The position numbers and the translations under genes are program-made. From the NCBI GenBank assembly GCA_035691305.1, contig DASSJF010000010.1:250-64249 (forward strand): 64,000 nucleotides of DNA, read 5' to 3'. The stretch is from a bacterium. Its GTDB lineage: Bacteria; Sysuimicrobiota; Sysuimicrobiia; Sysuimicrobiales; Segetimicrobiaceae. The notes under the pieces are model-generated. The model did not search any database. It was given only the letters and a program-made list of their open reading frames with translations, and was not told where the DNA came from. Positions 44,767 through 54,270 of the stretch are shown piece after piece; the first letter of the stretch is position 1; every line of letters starts with the position of its first letter.

Positions 44767-45626
44767 TTGTCCTGGGCCACCGCTCCGCGCGGCGCCGCCG
44801 GCTGACCGACCAGGTTATGGGCTGGGCGTGCCTCGCGGCGGTCCTCCTCGCGGTCGCGCCGCTGGCGAGTGTGCTCGGGTACGTCGTCCTACAGGGGGCC
44901 GGGGCGCTCAACTGGGCGTTCTTCACGCACCTGCCGGCTCCGGTCGGCGAGCCGGGCGGCGGCATGGCGAACGCGATCTTGGGCACGCTGACCCTCATCG
45001 GGCTGGCCGCCTGCGTCGGTGTTCCTATCGGGATCCTCGGCGGACTTTACCTCGCGGAAGTCGGCGACGGGCGCCTCGGGTGGTGGATTCGGTTCACCGC
45101 CGACGTCCTCAACGGGCTGCCCAGCATCGTCATCGGTGTTTTCGTGTACGGTCTGGTCGTCGTGCCGATGCACCGATTTTCGGCGCTGGCCGGGGGCGTG
45201 GCGCTCGGGGTGATGATGATCCCGCTGGTCGTGCGGACGACGGAGGAGATCGTCCGGCTCGTGCCCGCCGCGCTCAGGGAAGCGTCGCTCGCGCTGGGCA
45301 TCCGCTGGTGGGTGACGACGGTGCGCATCGTGCTGCGGACGGCGACCGCCGGGGTGATCACCGGGATCACGCTGGCGATCGCGCGCATCGGCGGGGAGAC
45401 GGCACCGCTGCTGTTCACCGCATTCAATAACCAGTTCTGGCAGGCGGGCCTCGACCAGCCGATCTCGTCGCTCACGGTGCAGCTGTTCACCTACTCGATC
45501 GCGCCGTACGACGACTGGCACCGGCAGGCGTGGGCAGCCGCGCTGGTATTGATGACGATGACGCTGCTGCTGAACGTGGCTGCGCGCGCCGCCGGCCGGC
45601 AGCGATTTACGATCGGTGGGAGGTAG
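44763..45626 (+). CDS. pstA: Phosphate ABC transporter permease PstA
   Basis: The GTG at 44763 overlaps the pstC stop (GTGA). [11 protein letters not shown], and EAA loop [22 protein letters not shown]. Confidence 0.9.
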   Translation: MIVLGHRSARRRRLTDQVMGWACLAAVLLAVAPLASVLGYVVLQGAGALNWAFFTHLPAPVGEPGGGMANAILGTLTLIGLAACVGVPIGILGGLYLAEVGDGRLGWWIRFTADVLNGLPSIVIGVFVYGLVVVPMHRFSALAGGVALGVMMIPLVVRTTEEIVRLVPAALREASLALGIRWWVTTVRIVLRTATAGVITGITLAIARIGGETAPLLFTAFNNQFWQAGLDQPISSLTVQLFTYSIAPYDDWHRQAWAAALVLMTMTLLLNVAARAAGRQRFTIGGR

Positions 45627-45633
45627 GCCGGCG

Positions 45634-46491
45634 ATGGAATCCGAACTCGTGATCCTGCGGTCATCCGGCATAACGGTGTGGGATAAGGCCATCTCTTCCG
45701 CCCTCGCGAAAGGACAAGCGGTCGACATCGAGGCGCCGTCGCAGCTGGTCGCCAAGGACCTCAACCTGTACTTCGGGCGGACCCACGCCGTGAAGAACCT
45801 CTCGCTGTCGATCCCGACCAACCGCATTACCGCGATCATCGGGCCGTCAGGGTGCGGCAAGTCCACGTTCCTGCGTTCGATGAACCGCATGCACGAGGTT
45901 GTGCCGGGCGCCCGGATGGAGGGACAAGTGCTGCTGGACGGCGAGGACATCTACGCGCCGTCGGTGGATCCGGTCGAGATCCGGCGGCGGATCGGCATGG
46001 TGTTCCAGCGGCCCAATCCCTTTCCGACGATGTCGATCTACGAGAACGCGGTCTGCGGGCTGCGTCTTAACGGCGTTCGCGACCGCCGCGTGCTCGACGA
46101 GGTCGCGGAGCGCAGTCTCCGGCATGCCGCGCTGTGGGGCGAGGTCAAGGACGTCCTCGGCCGGCCGGGAACCAGCCTCTCGGGCGGTCAGCAGCAGCGG
46201 CTGTGCATCGCCCGCGCGCTGGCGGTGCAGCCCGAGGTGCTGCTGATGGACGAGCCGGCGTCCGCGCTGGACCCGGTCTCGACGCTGAAGATCGAGGAGC
46301 TGGCGAAGACGCTGCGCGAGACCCTGACCATCGTCATCGTGACGCACAACATGCAGCAGGCCGCCCGGGTCTCCGACGGCACCGCCTTCATGCTGCACGG
46401 CGAGCTGATCGAGTACGGCCCCACGTCGGAGATGTTCACCCGGCCGCGCGAGAAGCAAACCGAGGACTACATCACCGGGCGCTTCGGTTAG
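45634..46491 (+). CDS. pstB: Phosphate ABC transporter ATP-binding protein
   Basis: I chose the ATG at 45634, with GGGAGG 10 nt upstream. Walker [18 protein letters not shown], signature [14 protein letters not shown], Walker B LLMDEP. Confidence 0.95.
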   Translation: MESELVILRSSGITVWDKAISSALAKGQAVDIEAPSQLVAKDLNLYFGRTHAVKNLSLSIPTNRITAIIGPSGCGKSTFLRSMNRMHEVVPGARMEGQVLLDGEDIYAPSVDPVEIRRRIGMVFQRPNPFPTMSIYENAVCGLRLNGVRDRRVLDEVAERSLRHAALWGEVKDVLGRPGTSLSGGQQQRLCIARALAVQPEVLLMDEPASALDPVSTLKIEELAKTLRETLTIVIVTHNMQQAARVSDGTAFMLHGELIEYGPTSEMFTRPREKQTEDYITGRFG

Positions 46492-46508
46492 ATCGCGCGC
46501 GCCGAGCG

Positions 46509-47249
46509 ATGCGCGGCGGTCGAGAGGAGCTGTTCTCCGGAAACGGGAAAACGTCCCCGACGGTCGCGGGGCCCGGGGGGGACGGCGCCATTCACACGCG
46601 CGAAACGTTTGACCGGGAACTGGCCGGTCTCCAGGACGACCTGCTCCGCATGGGTGCCCTTGTCGAAGAAGCGGTCCGCCGTTCCGTCGACGTCCTTCGT
46701 GCGCGCAGCACCCCGGGCGCAGAGGCAGTGATCGCCGCCGACAACGCCATCGACACGCTCCACCTCGAACTCGAAGAGCGCTGCCTCATGCTGATGGCCA
46801 CCCAGCAGCCGATGGCCAAGGACCTCCGGACGATCGCCGCGATTTGGGCGATGACGATGGACCTCGAGCGCATCGGCGACCACGCGGAGGACATCGCGCG
46901 GGCCACGAAGCGGATGGCCGATCAGCCGCTCCTGAAGCCGCTGATCGACATTCCGCGGATGGCCGAGATGGTGCAGCGGATGCTGCGGACCGGGCTCGAC
47001 GCGTTCGTGCAGCGCGACGTCAATTTGGCTCAGCGGATGGCCGCGGCGGACGATCAAGTCGACCATCTGTACGGCCAGGTCTTCCGCGAACTGCTCACCT
47101 ACATGATCGAGGACCCGCACAACATCCAGCGCGCCACGCACCTGCTCTTCTCCGCGCAGGCGCTCGAGCGGATGGGCGACCACTGCACGAACATCGCCGA
47201 GCGCGTCATCTACATGGTCACGGGGACCCTGAAGGAATTGAACGTCTAG
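46509..47249 (+). CDS. phoU: Phosphate signalling complex protein PhoU
   Basis: ATG at 46509 in the frame of ORF 46134..47249. Two PhoU repeats (ADNAIDTLHLELEERC... / ADDQVDHLYGQVFREL...) and ERIGDHAEDIA / ERMGDHCTNIAE motifs. Confidence 0.9.
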   Translation: MRGGREELFSGNGKTSPTVAGPGGDGAIHTRETFDRELAGLQDDLLRMGALVEEAVRRSVDVLRARSTPGAEAVIAADNAIDTLHLELEERCLMLMATQQPMAKDLRTIAAIWAMTMDLERIGDHAEDIARATKRMADQPLLKPLIDIPRMAEMVQRMLRTGLDAFVQRDVNLAQRMAAADDQVDHLYGQVFRELLTYMIEDPHNIQRATHLLFSAQALERMGDHCTNIAERVIYMVTGTLKELNV

Positions 47250-47264
47250 CCGGGCGCGGCGCGG

Positions 47265-47290
47265 CCCCCGGGATCCCTCCGGGGATTTTG
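47265..47290 (+). terminator. Possible intrinsic terminator after phoU
   Basis: CCCCGG (47266-47271) pairs with CCGGGG (47279-47284) around a 7-nt loop, followed by ATTTTG. The stem is short, so confidence is moderate. Confidence 0.45.
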
Positions 47291-47383
47291 CGGCGTTCGC
47301 GGCATCTTCGGCCGGGGGGAGCGGGAGGCGCAGGCCGTCCGCGGGAGGAAGCGGTTCGCGCCGCCGGGAACGTGCCTGTTGCC

Positions 47384-48721
47384 ATGGCCGCTCCCGACTG
47401 TCGACGTCTCGCGGAAGCACACCAGGACGAACTCGTGGCCCTTGCCCGCGATCTCGTCCGCATCGACACCACGAACACCGGCCTGATGCCGACCGGCAAC
47501 GAGACCGAAGCCGCGAGGCATCTCGGGCGCGTGCTGCGCGAGGCCGGGATCGACTCCGAGGTCGACGGCCGGGTTCCCGAGCGCGGCAACATCGTCGCGC
47601 GTCTCCCCGGCCGCAGCGGGAAGACCGCGCTGGTGCTGGCGTCCCACACAGACGTCGTGCCGTCCGGCGATCCTGAGCAGTGGACCCATCCACCGTTCGG
47701 CGGCGCCGTCGAGGACGGTCACCTGCTGGGACGCGGGGCCGCGGACATGAAGGGCACCGTCGCGGCCCAGGCGATGGCGCTCGTCCTCTTGAAGCGGTCC
47801 GGCGCCGCGCTCGCGCACGGCGTCAGCTTCGTGTGCGTGGCCGACGAAGAGGCCGGCGGATCGTACGGGATGGGATGGGTCGCGCGCGAGCGGCCGGACT
47901 GGATCCGCGGCGGCCTGTGCCTCGACGAGGGCGGCGGCTTCTTTATCCCCGTCGACGGCCGCGACTGGTGCGTGCTCGGCGTCGGCGAGAAGGGCCGCTT
48001 CGAGATCGGCGCCACCTTCCACGGGCGCGGCGCGCACGCCGCCCGGCCGTGGCAGGGCGACAACGCGTTCTACAAGGCCGCGGCGGCCCTCGAGCGCCTC
48101 CGGGTCTACGAGCCGGAGCGCGATACGAGCGGCCCGATCTTCAACGCGGTCAGCCGCCTCGTGGGACCCGTCGTGCCCTCGAACGTCGACGCCGTCATCG
48201 CGCGCCTCGGCACATCGAGTCCGCGCCTCGCCGATCACCTGCGTCAGGTCTCGCGTATGCTCGTCACGCCGACGCTGATCGCGGGGGGCGTGAAGTCCAA
48301 CAGCGTCCCGGACGTCTGCCGGCTGACCTGCGACGTACGCGCGCTGCCTCACCAAGGGCCGTCGTACGTCCAAGCGCAGGCGCAGCGCCTGCTCGGCGAG
48401 GCGGACGTGCGCGTCGACCAGACCGCCGTCGCCAACACATCGCCGGCGGGCGAGCCGCTGCTCGCGACCCTGACGGACGTACTGCGGCGCAATCTCGGCC
48501 GCCCGGTCGAGGTGGTGGCCAGCCTCAGCGGCGGCTTTACCGACTCGCGGTTCGTTCGGGAGATCGGCGTCCCGGCATACGGCTTCTCGCCGGGACACCC
48601 CGACAGCGATCCGAGCCGCCACCACGCGCACGGGCCCAACGAAGCCGTCGCGATCCGCGACCTCGTGCTGCAGACCGCCGTGTATCTCGATCTCGCATAC
48701 CGGTACGCCGGGGCCGCGTGA
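47384..48721 (+). CDS. M20 family metallopeptidase (ArgE/DapE/ACY1/CPG2 type)
   Basis: ATG at 47384 in the frame of ORF 46844..48721. SHTDVVP, WTHPPFGG and GRGAADMKG are M20 motifs. Confidence 0.85.
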   Translation: MAAPDCRRLAEAHQDELVALARDLVRIDTTNTGLMPTGNETEAARHLGRVLREAGIDSEVDGRVPERGNIVARLPGRSGKTALVLASHTDVVPSGDPEQWTHPPFGGAVEDGHLLGRGAADMKGTVAAQAMALVLLKRSGAALAHGVSFVCVADEEAGGSYGMGWVARERPDWIRGGLCLDEGGGFFIPVDGRDWCVLGVGEKGRFEIGATFHGRGAHAARPWQGDNAFYKAAAALERLRVYEPERDTSGPIFNAVSRLVGPVVPSNVDAVIARLGTSSPRLADHLRQVSRMLVTPTLIAGGVKSNSVPDVCRLTCDVRALPHQGPSYVQAQAQRLLGEADVRVDQTAVANTSPAGEPLLATLTDVLRRNLGRPVEVVASLSGGFTDSRFVREIGVPAYGFSPGHPDSDPSRHHAHGPNEAVAIRDLVLQTAVYLDLAYRYAGAA

Positions 48722-48734
48722 AGGGAGCCGATCG

Positions 48735-49025
48735 ATGTTCACCGCCTTCGTGATGATTCAGGCGGAGCGGCGACGGATCCAGGACGTCGCCCGCCGGCTC
48801 GCCGAGATCCCCGGAGTGGAAGAGGTCTACTCGGTCACCGGTGAGTGGGACATCATCGCGATCCTCAAGCTGCACGACTACGAGGAGCTCGCGGATGCCG
48901 TCACGAGCCGGATGACGGACGTTCCCGGCATCGTCCGGACCAACACGCACCTGGCGTTCCGGGCGTTCCCGCAGTCGCTGCTGGAGCGGCCGTTCTCGCT
49001 CGGCCTGGAGGAGAAGCCGGAATGA
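48735..49025 (+). CDS. Stand-alone Lrp/AsnC ligand-binding (RAM) domain protein, no HTH
   Basis: 96 aa. AFVMIQAE....QDVARRLAEIPGVEEVYSVTGEWDIIAILKL.D.EEL is the RAM/AsnC_trans_reg fold pattern. It is too short to hold the N-terminal HTH. Confidence 0.75.
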   Translation: MFTAFVMIQAERRRIQDVARRLAEIPGVEEVYSVTGEWDIIAILKLHDYEELADAVTSRMTDVPGIVRTNTHLAFRAFPQSLLERPFSLGLEEKPE

Positions 49026-50002
49026 GCGCGGTTGCCTCGCCTCCCGACCTCAGCGCCGCCCAGCTGATCGACATGCTGCGGATGATGTTGCGCATTCGCC
49101 AGTTCGAGCAGCGGGCGCTCGACCTGTACCGCGAGGGCGTCATGCGCGGCACGACGCACCCCTACATCGGAATGGAGGCCGTCGCCGTCGGCACGTGCGC
49201 GGCGCTGCGGCCGTCAGACCGCATCACGAGTACGCACCGCGGCCACGGCCACTGCCTCGCAAAGGGCGGGGATCCGCGGCTCATGATGGCGGAACTGTTG
49301 GGGCGCGCGGCGGGTTACTGCAAGGGGAAGGGTGGCTCGATGCACATCGCGGACGTCGCAGCCGGCATTCTCGGTGCCAACGGCATCGTCGGCGGCGGCA
49401 TGGGTCTCGCGACGGGGGCGGCGCTCGCGACAAAGCTGGCGGGCCGCGACGACGTCGCGGTCTGCTTTTTCGGCGACGGCGCGCTCAACCAGGGTATCTT
49501 CCACGAGGCCGCCAACATGGCGGCGATCTGGCGGCTGCCGGTCGTCTATGTCTGCGAGAACAACCAGTACGCGATGTCCGCGCGCGCGGACCGCTTCACG
49601 TCGGTGCCGGATCCCTCCGTGCGCGCGGGCGCCTACGGCTTCCCGGGGTTGTCATGCGACGGCATGGACGCGCTGGCCGTCTACCAGACCGTGGGCGGCG
49701 CGGTGGCGCGGGCGCGGGCCGGCGGCGGGCCGTCGATGGTGGTCTGCGTGACCTACCGGTACCTCGGCCACCACGTCGGCGATCCGCTCAACTACCGCGA
49801 CAAGGCCGAGGTCGAGGCCTGGCGTACCAAGGATCCGATCGAGCGGCTGAGCGCGGCGCTGATTGCGCGGCGGATTCTCTCGGCGGCCGACGTCGACGCG
49901 GTGCGGGCGGAGGTCGAGCGGGAGATCGACGACGCGGTCGTCTTCGCGAAGGCGAGCCCGGAGCCGGATCCGAGCACGCTCGCCGAGGACGTGTACGCAT
50001 GA
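49022..50002 (+). CDS. Thiamine-diphosphate-dependent 2-oxoacid dehydrogenase E1 alpha subunit
   Basis: The ATG at 49022 overlaps the RAM gene stop (ATGA). MLRIRQFEQ, THRGHGH, and TPP motif FFGDGALNQGIFHEAANMAAIWRLPVVYVCENNQYAMS. Confidence 0.9.
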   Translation: MSAVASPPDLSAAQLIDMLRMMLRIRQFEQRALDLYREGVMRGTTHPYIGMEAVAVGTCAALRPSDRITSTHRGHGHCLAKGGDPRLMMAELLGRAAGYCKGKGGSMHIADVAAGILGANGIVGGGMGLATGAALATKLAGRDDVAVCFFGDGALNQGIFHEAANMAAIWRLPVVYVCENNQYAMSARADRFTSVPDPSVRAGAYGFPGLSCDGMDALAVYQTVGGAVARARAGGGPSMVVCVTYRYLGHHVGDPLNYRDKAEVEAWRTKDPIERLSAALIARRILSAADVDAVRAEVEREIDDAVVFAKASPEPDPSTLAEDVYA

Positions 50003-51006
50003 GCGCGGTCGAGACGCACGCGGGGACGCGGGTCCTGACCTACGCCGAGGCGCTCAACGAGGCGCTGCGCGAGGAGATGCGGCGCGACGCCCGCGTGTTC
50101 GTGATGGGCGAGGACGTGGCGGTGTGGGGCGGCGGCGGCGTCTTCGGCGTGACGCGGGGTCTGGTCGAGGAGTTTGGCGCGGACCGCGTCCGCGACACGC
50201 CGATTTCGGAAGAGGCCATCGCGGCGCTCGCGGTCGGCGCGGCGATGGCCGGGGCGCGGCCGGTGGTGGAGTTCATGTACGCGGACTTCATGACGCTCGC
50301 GATGGAGCCGGTCGTCAACCAGGCGGCCAAGATCCGCTACATGTTCGGCGGCAAGGCACGCGTGCCGGCCGTCTTCCGCGCCCAGGAGGGCGCGGGCCGC
50401 GGCAACGCGGCGCAGCACTCCCAGTCTCTGGAAGCCTGGTTCTGCCACATTCCCGGCCTCAAGGTTGTGACCCCCAGCACGCCGGCCGACGCGAAGGGCC
50501 TCCTGATCTCGGCGATCCGCGACGACAATCCGGTCGTGTTCCTCGAGCACAAGATGCTGTACAACACGAAGGGTCCGGTCCCGGCCGGCGAGCACACCGT
50601 GCCGCTCGGCGTGGCGGACCGCAAGCGCGAAGGCCGGCACGTCACCGTCGTGGGAGTGCATACGATGGTGTTCAAGGCCCTGCAGGCCGCGGAGCAGCTC
50701 GCCGGCGAGGGCATCGAGCTCGAGGTGATCGATCCGCGGACGCTCGTCCCGCTCGACATCGATACGATCGTCGAGTCCGTTCAAAAAACGGGCCGGCTCA
50801 TCGTTACGCACGAAGCGTACGAGCGGGGCGGCATCGGCGGCGAGATCGTGGCGCAGGTCGTTGCCCGGGCGTTCGACGCGCTCGACGCGCCGCCGGTGCG
50901 CCTCTGCGCCGCGAACGTCCCGGTGCCCTACAGCGGAGTCTTGGAAGCGGCCGCGCTTCCCCAGGTGGACGGCATTGTCGCCGCGGCGCGCGCGCTGATG
51001 GCCTGA
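49999..51006 (+). CDS. 2-oxoacid dehydrogenase E1 beta subunit
   Basis: The ATG at 49999 overlaps the E1 alpha stop (ATGA). LTYAEALNEALREEM, VFVMGEDV, DTPISEEAI and FLEHKMLY. Confidence 0.9.
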   Translation: MSAVETHAGTRVLTYAEALNEALREEMRRDARVFVMGEDVAVWGGGGVFGVTRGLVEEFGADRVRDTPISEEAIAALAVGAAMAGARPVVEFMYADFMTLAMEPVVNQAAKIRYMFGGKARVPAVFRAQEGAGRGNAAQHSQSLEAWFCHIPGLKVVTPSTPADAKGLLISAIRDDNPVVFLEHKMLYNTKGPVPAGEHTVPLGVADRKREGRHVTVVGVHTMVFKALQAAEQLAGEGIELEVIDPRTLVPLDIDTIVESVQKTGRLIVTHEAYERGGIGGEIVAQVVARAFDALDAPPVRLCAANVPVPYSGVLEAAALPQVDGIVAAARALMA

Positions 51007-51013
51007 TCGTCTG

Positions 51014-52264
51014 ATGGCGACGCAGGTCGTGCTTCCGAAACTCGGCCTGACCCAGGAAGAAGGCACGGTCGTCCGCTGGGTCAAGACCGAGGGCAGCCGG
51101 GTCGCCAAGGGCGAGCCGCTCTTCGAAGTCCTGACGGACAAGGCGACGATCGAGGTCGAAGCCCCGGCCTCCGGGATCCTGCTGCAGATCCTGGTCCCGG
51201 AAGGGACGACTGCTCCGGTGGCGACGCCGATCGCCGTGATCGGCGAGCCCGGCGAGCGTATCGCGGCTGCGGCGCGGCCTGCGCCGGCGGAATCCGGCGC
51301 GGCGCCTGTTCGCGCCCTGCCGGCCGCTCAGGCGGCTCCCGCCGGTGTCGCCGCCGGCGGTGTTCCCGTGCGGGACGGACGAGTCCGGGTGTCTCCCCGG
51401 GCGCGGGCGCTCGCCGAGTCGCATGGGATCGATCTGCGCGCGCTCCGGGGAAGCGGGCCCGACGGCCGCATCGTCGAGCGCGACGTGCAGCGGGCGATCG
51501 ACGGCGCGCAGCGCGGCGCGGCGCCCCCGGCCCGGACGATTTCGGCGGTGACCGCGACGCCGGCGGGGCCGCCCGTTCCGTCCGTGGTCTCCGCGCGCCT
51601 CCGGACCATCATCGCGCGGCGGATGACGGAGAGCCTGCGCGAGGCGGCGCAGCTGACGCTGACGACCGAGGCCGACATGGCGGACGCGACCCGCCTGCGC
51701 GACGAGGTGGGCGCGGAACTCGAGCGGCGCGGCGGCGTGCGGCCAACGTACACGGACCTGGTCGTGCGGGCCGCGGCGATTGCGCTGCGCGATCATCCAC
51801 GACTGAACGCCCGGTGGACCGGCGACGGCGTGCGCCTCCAGGCCGATATTCATATCGGCGTGGCCGTCGCGCTCGACGAAGGACTCGTCGTGCCGGTGGT
51901 CCGCCACGCCGACCGTGCGACGCTCGCTCAGATCTCGACCGCGGTGCGCGACCTGTCGGCGCGCGCGCGGACGTCCCGCCTCAAGCCGCCGGAGATGGAG
52001 GGCGGCACGTTCACGGTCACCAACCTCGGCATGTACGATGTCGATGCGTTCACACCGATCCTCAACCCGCCCGAGGCCGCGATTCTTGGCGTGGGCCGCG
52101 TGCACAGGCGCCCGGCCGCCGTGGCAGACCGGGTGGAGGTCCGGCCGGTAATGGTGCTGTCGCTGACGTTCGACCACCGCGTCGTGGACGGCGCGCCGTC
52201 GGCGCAGTTCCTGCAGCGGGTCAAGCAGATGCTCGAGCACCCGTACCTGCTCCTGCTTCCGTAG
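51014..52264 (+). CDS. Dihydrolipoamide acyltransferase E2 component
   Basis: Lipoyl domain with EVLTDKATIEVEAP, E3/E1-binding domain (VSPRARALAESHGIDL), and catalytic LTFDHRVVDGA. Confidence 0.9.
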   Translation: MATQVVLPKLGLTQEEGTVVRWVKTEGSRVAKGEPLFEVLTDKATIEVEAPASGILLQILVPEGTTAPVATPIAVIGEPGERIAAAARPAPAESGAAPVRALPAAQAAPAGVAAGGVPVRDGRVRVSPRARALAESHGIDLRALRGSGPDGRIVERDVQRAIDGAQRGAAPPARTISAVTATPAGPPVPSVVSARLRTIIARRMTESLREAAQLTLTTEADMADATRLRDEVGAELERRGGVRPTYTDLVVRAAAIALRDHPRLNARWTGDGVRLQADIHIGVAVALDEGLVVPVVRHADRATLAQISTAVRDLSARARTSRLKPPEMEGGTFTVTNLGMYDVDAFTPILNPPEAAILGVGRVHRRPAAVADRVEVRPVMVLSLTFDHRVVDGAPSAQFLQRVKQMLEHPYLLLLP

Positions 52265-52280
52265 CGCAGCGCACCGTGCG

Positions 52281-52317
52281 GGCGCCGCGCCGGCGCCTCG
52301 CTACGCAGCCGTTTTTT
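52281..52317 (+). terminator. Possible terminator after the E2 gene
   Basis: GGCGCCG (52281-52287) pairs with CGGCGCC (52291-52297) around a 3-nt loop. An outer GTAGCG/CGCTAC pairing exists, and a T6 tract lies at 52312-52317. The T tract is not immediately adjacent to the stem. Confidence 0.35.
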
Positions 52318-52330
52318 CCGGAGGGACGCG

Positions 52331-53902
52331 ATGGAACTACCTCTGACCCCGCTCGAGTTCGCGCGCCGGGCGCGCGCGTTATACGGGACGCGCGAGGCCG
52401 TAGTCGACGGCGACCGGCGGCTGACCTACGAGGAGTTCTTCAGCCGGTGCGACCGCTGGTCGAGCCGCCTGCAGGCGTTCGGGGTGCGGCCCGGCGACCG
52501 CGTCGCCTATATCGCGCCCAACACCCCGGAGCTGCTGGAGGCCTTTTACGCGGTGCCGCAGATCGGCGCGGTGGTGGTGCCGATCAACTACCGGCTCGCG
52601 GCGGACGATTTCGAATACATCATCAACCACAGCGGCGCGCGGATCGTCTGCGCCGCGGCGGAGCATCTCGCGGCGGTCGACGGGATCCGGGCCCGGCTCG
52701 AGAACGTGAGGCAGTTCGTGGCGCTTGACGGTCCCGCCGACGGGTGGCTGGACTACGACGGCCTCGTGGCCCAGTCGGACGCCGAGTTCACGCGGCCGGA
52801 GATCGCGGAGGGCGATCTCATCAGCATCAACTATACGAGCGGGACGACCGCCCGGCCGAAGGGCGTCATGATGACGCACCGCAATACCTACATGAACGTC
52901 GTGGGGACGCTCGCGCACGTCCACATGACGCCCGCAGAGCGCTACCTGTGGACGCTCCCGATGTTCCACTGCAACGGCTGGACGTTTGTCTGGATCGTCA
53001 CGGCGGTCGGCGGCGCGCACTTGTGTCTCCGGCGCGTGGAGCCCGACCAGGTTTTCGCGCTCTGCCGCGCCGAGCGCGCGACGATGATGTGCGCGGCGCC
53101 GACGGTGCTGATCCGGCTCGCGAACGCGCCGGAAGATCTGCGCCGCGGCATCCCCGAGGGCATCCGGGTGGTGACCGCGGGGGCGCCGCCGGCGGCGGCC
53201 ACGATCGGGCGCATCGAGGGCGACCTCGGGTGGGAGATCATCCACGTCTACGGCCTCACCGAAACGTCGCCGTTCATCACGATCAGCGAGCCGCGTCCGG
53301 AGCACGCCGCGCTGTCCCCGGAGGCGCGCGCGGCCGTGAAGGCGCGGCAGGGCGTGGAGTTGTTCTCGTCGGGCGAGTTGCGGGTAGTGGATCCGGACGC
53401 CCGCGAAGTCCCGCGGGACGGCCGCACGGTGGGGGAGATCGTCGTGCGCGGCAACGTGGTGATGAAGGGCTACTTCAACGATCCGGAGGCGACGGCCAAG
53501 GCGTTCGCCGGCGGCTGGTTCCACACCGGCGACGCGGCGGTCGTGCATCCCGACGGCTACGTGGAGATCCGCGACCGCATCAAGGACATCATCATCAGCG
53601 GCGGCGAGAACATCTCGTCCGTCGAGGTCGAGGCGGCGCTGCTCCGCCATCCGGCGGTCCAGGAAGCCGCCGTTGTGGGTCTGCGAGATGAGCAGTGGGG
53701 TGAGGCGCCGCACGCGTTCGTGGTGCTGAAGGCGGGACAGACCGCGTCCGAGGCGGACCTGCGAGAGTTCGCCCGCGGGGCGCTTGCGCACTTCAAAGTA
53801 CCGCGAGCGTTCCACTTCGTCGAAGACCTGCCGAGAACGGCGACAGGCAAGATTCAGAAGTACGCGCTGCGAGGCTCCAAAGCCGCGATCGCGCGGCAGT
53901 AG
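52331..53902 (+). CDS. AMP-binding acyl-CoA synthetase / fatty-acid-CoA ligase family
   Basis: 523 aa. INYTSGTTARPKGVMMTHRN (AMP motif), GYFNDPEAT, WFHTGDAAV, and TATGKIQK near the C-terminus. SD GGAGGG is upstream. Confidence 0.9.
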   Translation: MELPLTPLEFARRARALYGTREAVVDGDRRLTYEEFFSRCDRWSSRLQAFGVRPGDRVAYIAPNTPELLEAFYAVPQIGAVVVPINYRLAADDFEYIINHSGARIVCAAAEHLAAVDGIRARLENVRQFVALDGPADGWLDYDGLVAQSDAEFTRPEIAEGDLISINYTSGTTARPKGVMMTHRNTYMNVVGTLAHVHMTPAERYLWTLPMFHCNGWTFVWIVTAVGGAHLCLRRVEPDQVFALCRAERATMMCAAPTVLIRLANAPEDLRRGIPEGIRVVTAGAPPAAATIGRIEGDLGWEIIHVYGLTETSPFITISEPRPEHAALSPEARAAVKARQGVELFSSGELRVVDPDAREVPRDGRTVGEIVVRGNVVMKGYFNDPEATAKAFAGGWFHTGDAAVVHPDGYVEIRDRIKDIIISGGENISSVEVEAALLRHPAVQEAAVVGLRDEQWGEAPHAFVVLKAGQTASEADLREFARGALAHFKVPRAFHFVEDLPRTATGKIQKYALRGSKAAIARQ

Positions 53903-53931
53903 TCGCCGGCGCGGTTACCTAAGACAGCACA

Positions 53932-53958
53932 GCGGCCGGGGCATTCGGCCCCGGCCGC
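53932..53958. terminator. GC-rich 11-bp perfect hairpin between convergent genes (bidirectional terminator candidate)
   Basis: GCGGCCGGGGC (53932-53942), loop ATTCG, GCCCCGGCCGC (53948-53958). No clear T tract on either side. Confidence 0.45.
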
Positions 53959-53989
53959 CGTGGACGAGTGTCGCGTCTTGTCGTCGTGC

Positions 53990-54130
53990 TTACGAGCCGC
54001 TGCCGTCGGCGGGCGGCGCCTGGACCTGGGGCGGCGGTGGCGTGTAGACATTGTTGTTGCACGCAAACGCGGCCGTCGCCGCAATCGCGACCGCGGCCAC
54101 CGCGATCAACGCGGTGAACAGTCTCAACAT
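53990..54130 (-). CDS. Small secreted/lipid-anchored proline-rich peptide (46 aa)
   Basis: The internal ATG at 54130 is preceded by GGAAGGAGG with 7-nt spacing. Sequence: MLRLFTALIAVAAVAIAATAAFA/CNNNVYTPPPPQVQAPPADGSGS, a signal peptide ending AFA-C. The longer ORF-track form (to 54271) has no SD. Confidence 0.55.
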   Translation of the reverse strand: MLRLFTALIAVAAVAIAATAAFACNNNVYTPPPPQVQAPPADGSGS

Positions 54131-54270
54131 GACGGGCCTCCTTCCGCGACCTCCCTGAGGGGGGGAAAGTCTGGGGATTCTCGCGACGCCGTTCTTCGTG
54201 TTACGGGGAAGTCCTGCTCGCCGGCCGGCCCCAGGGTGGTCGTGCCCTGAGATGTTACAATGAGGGCCCA

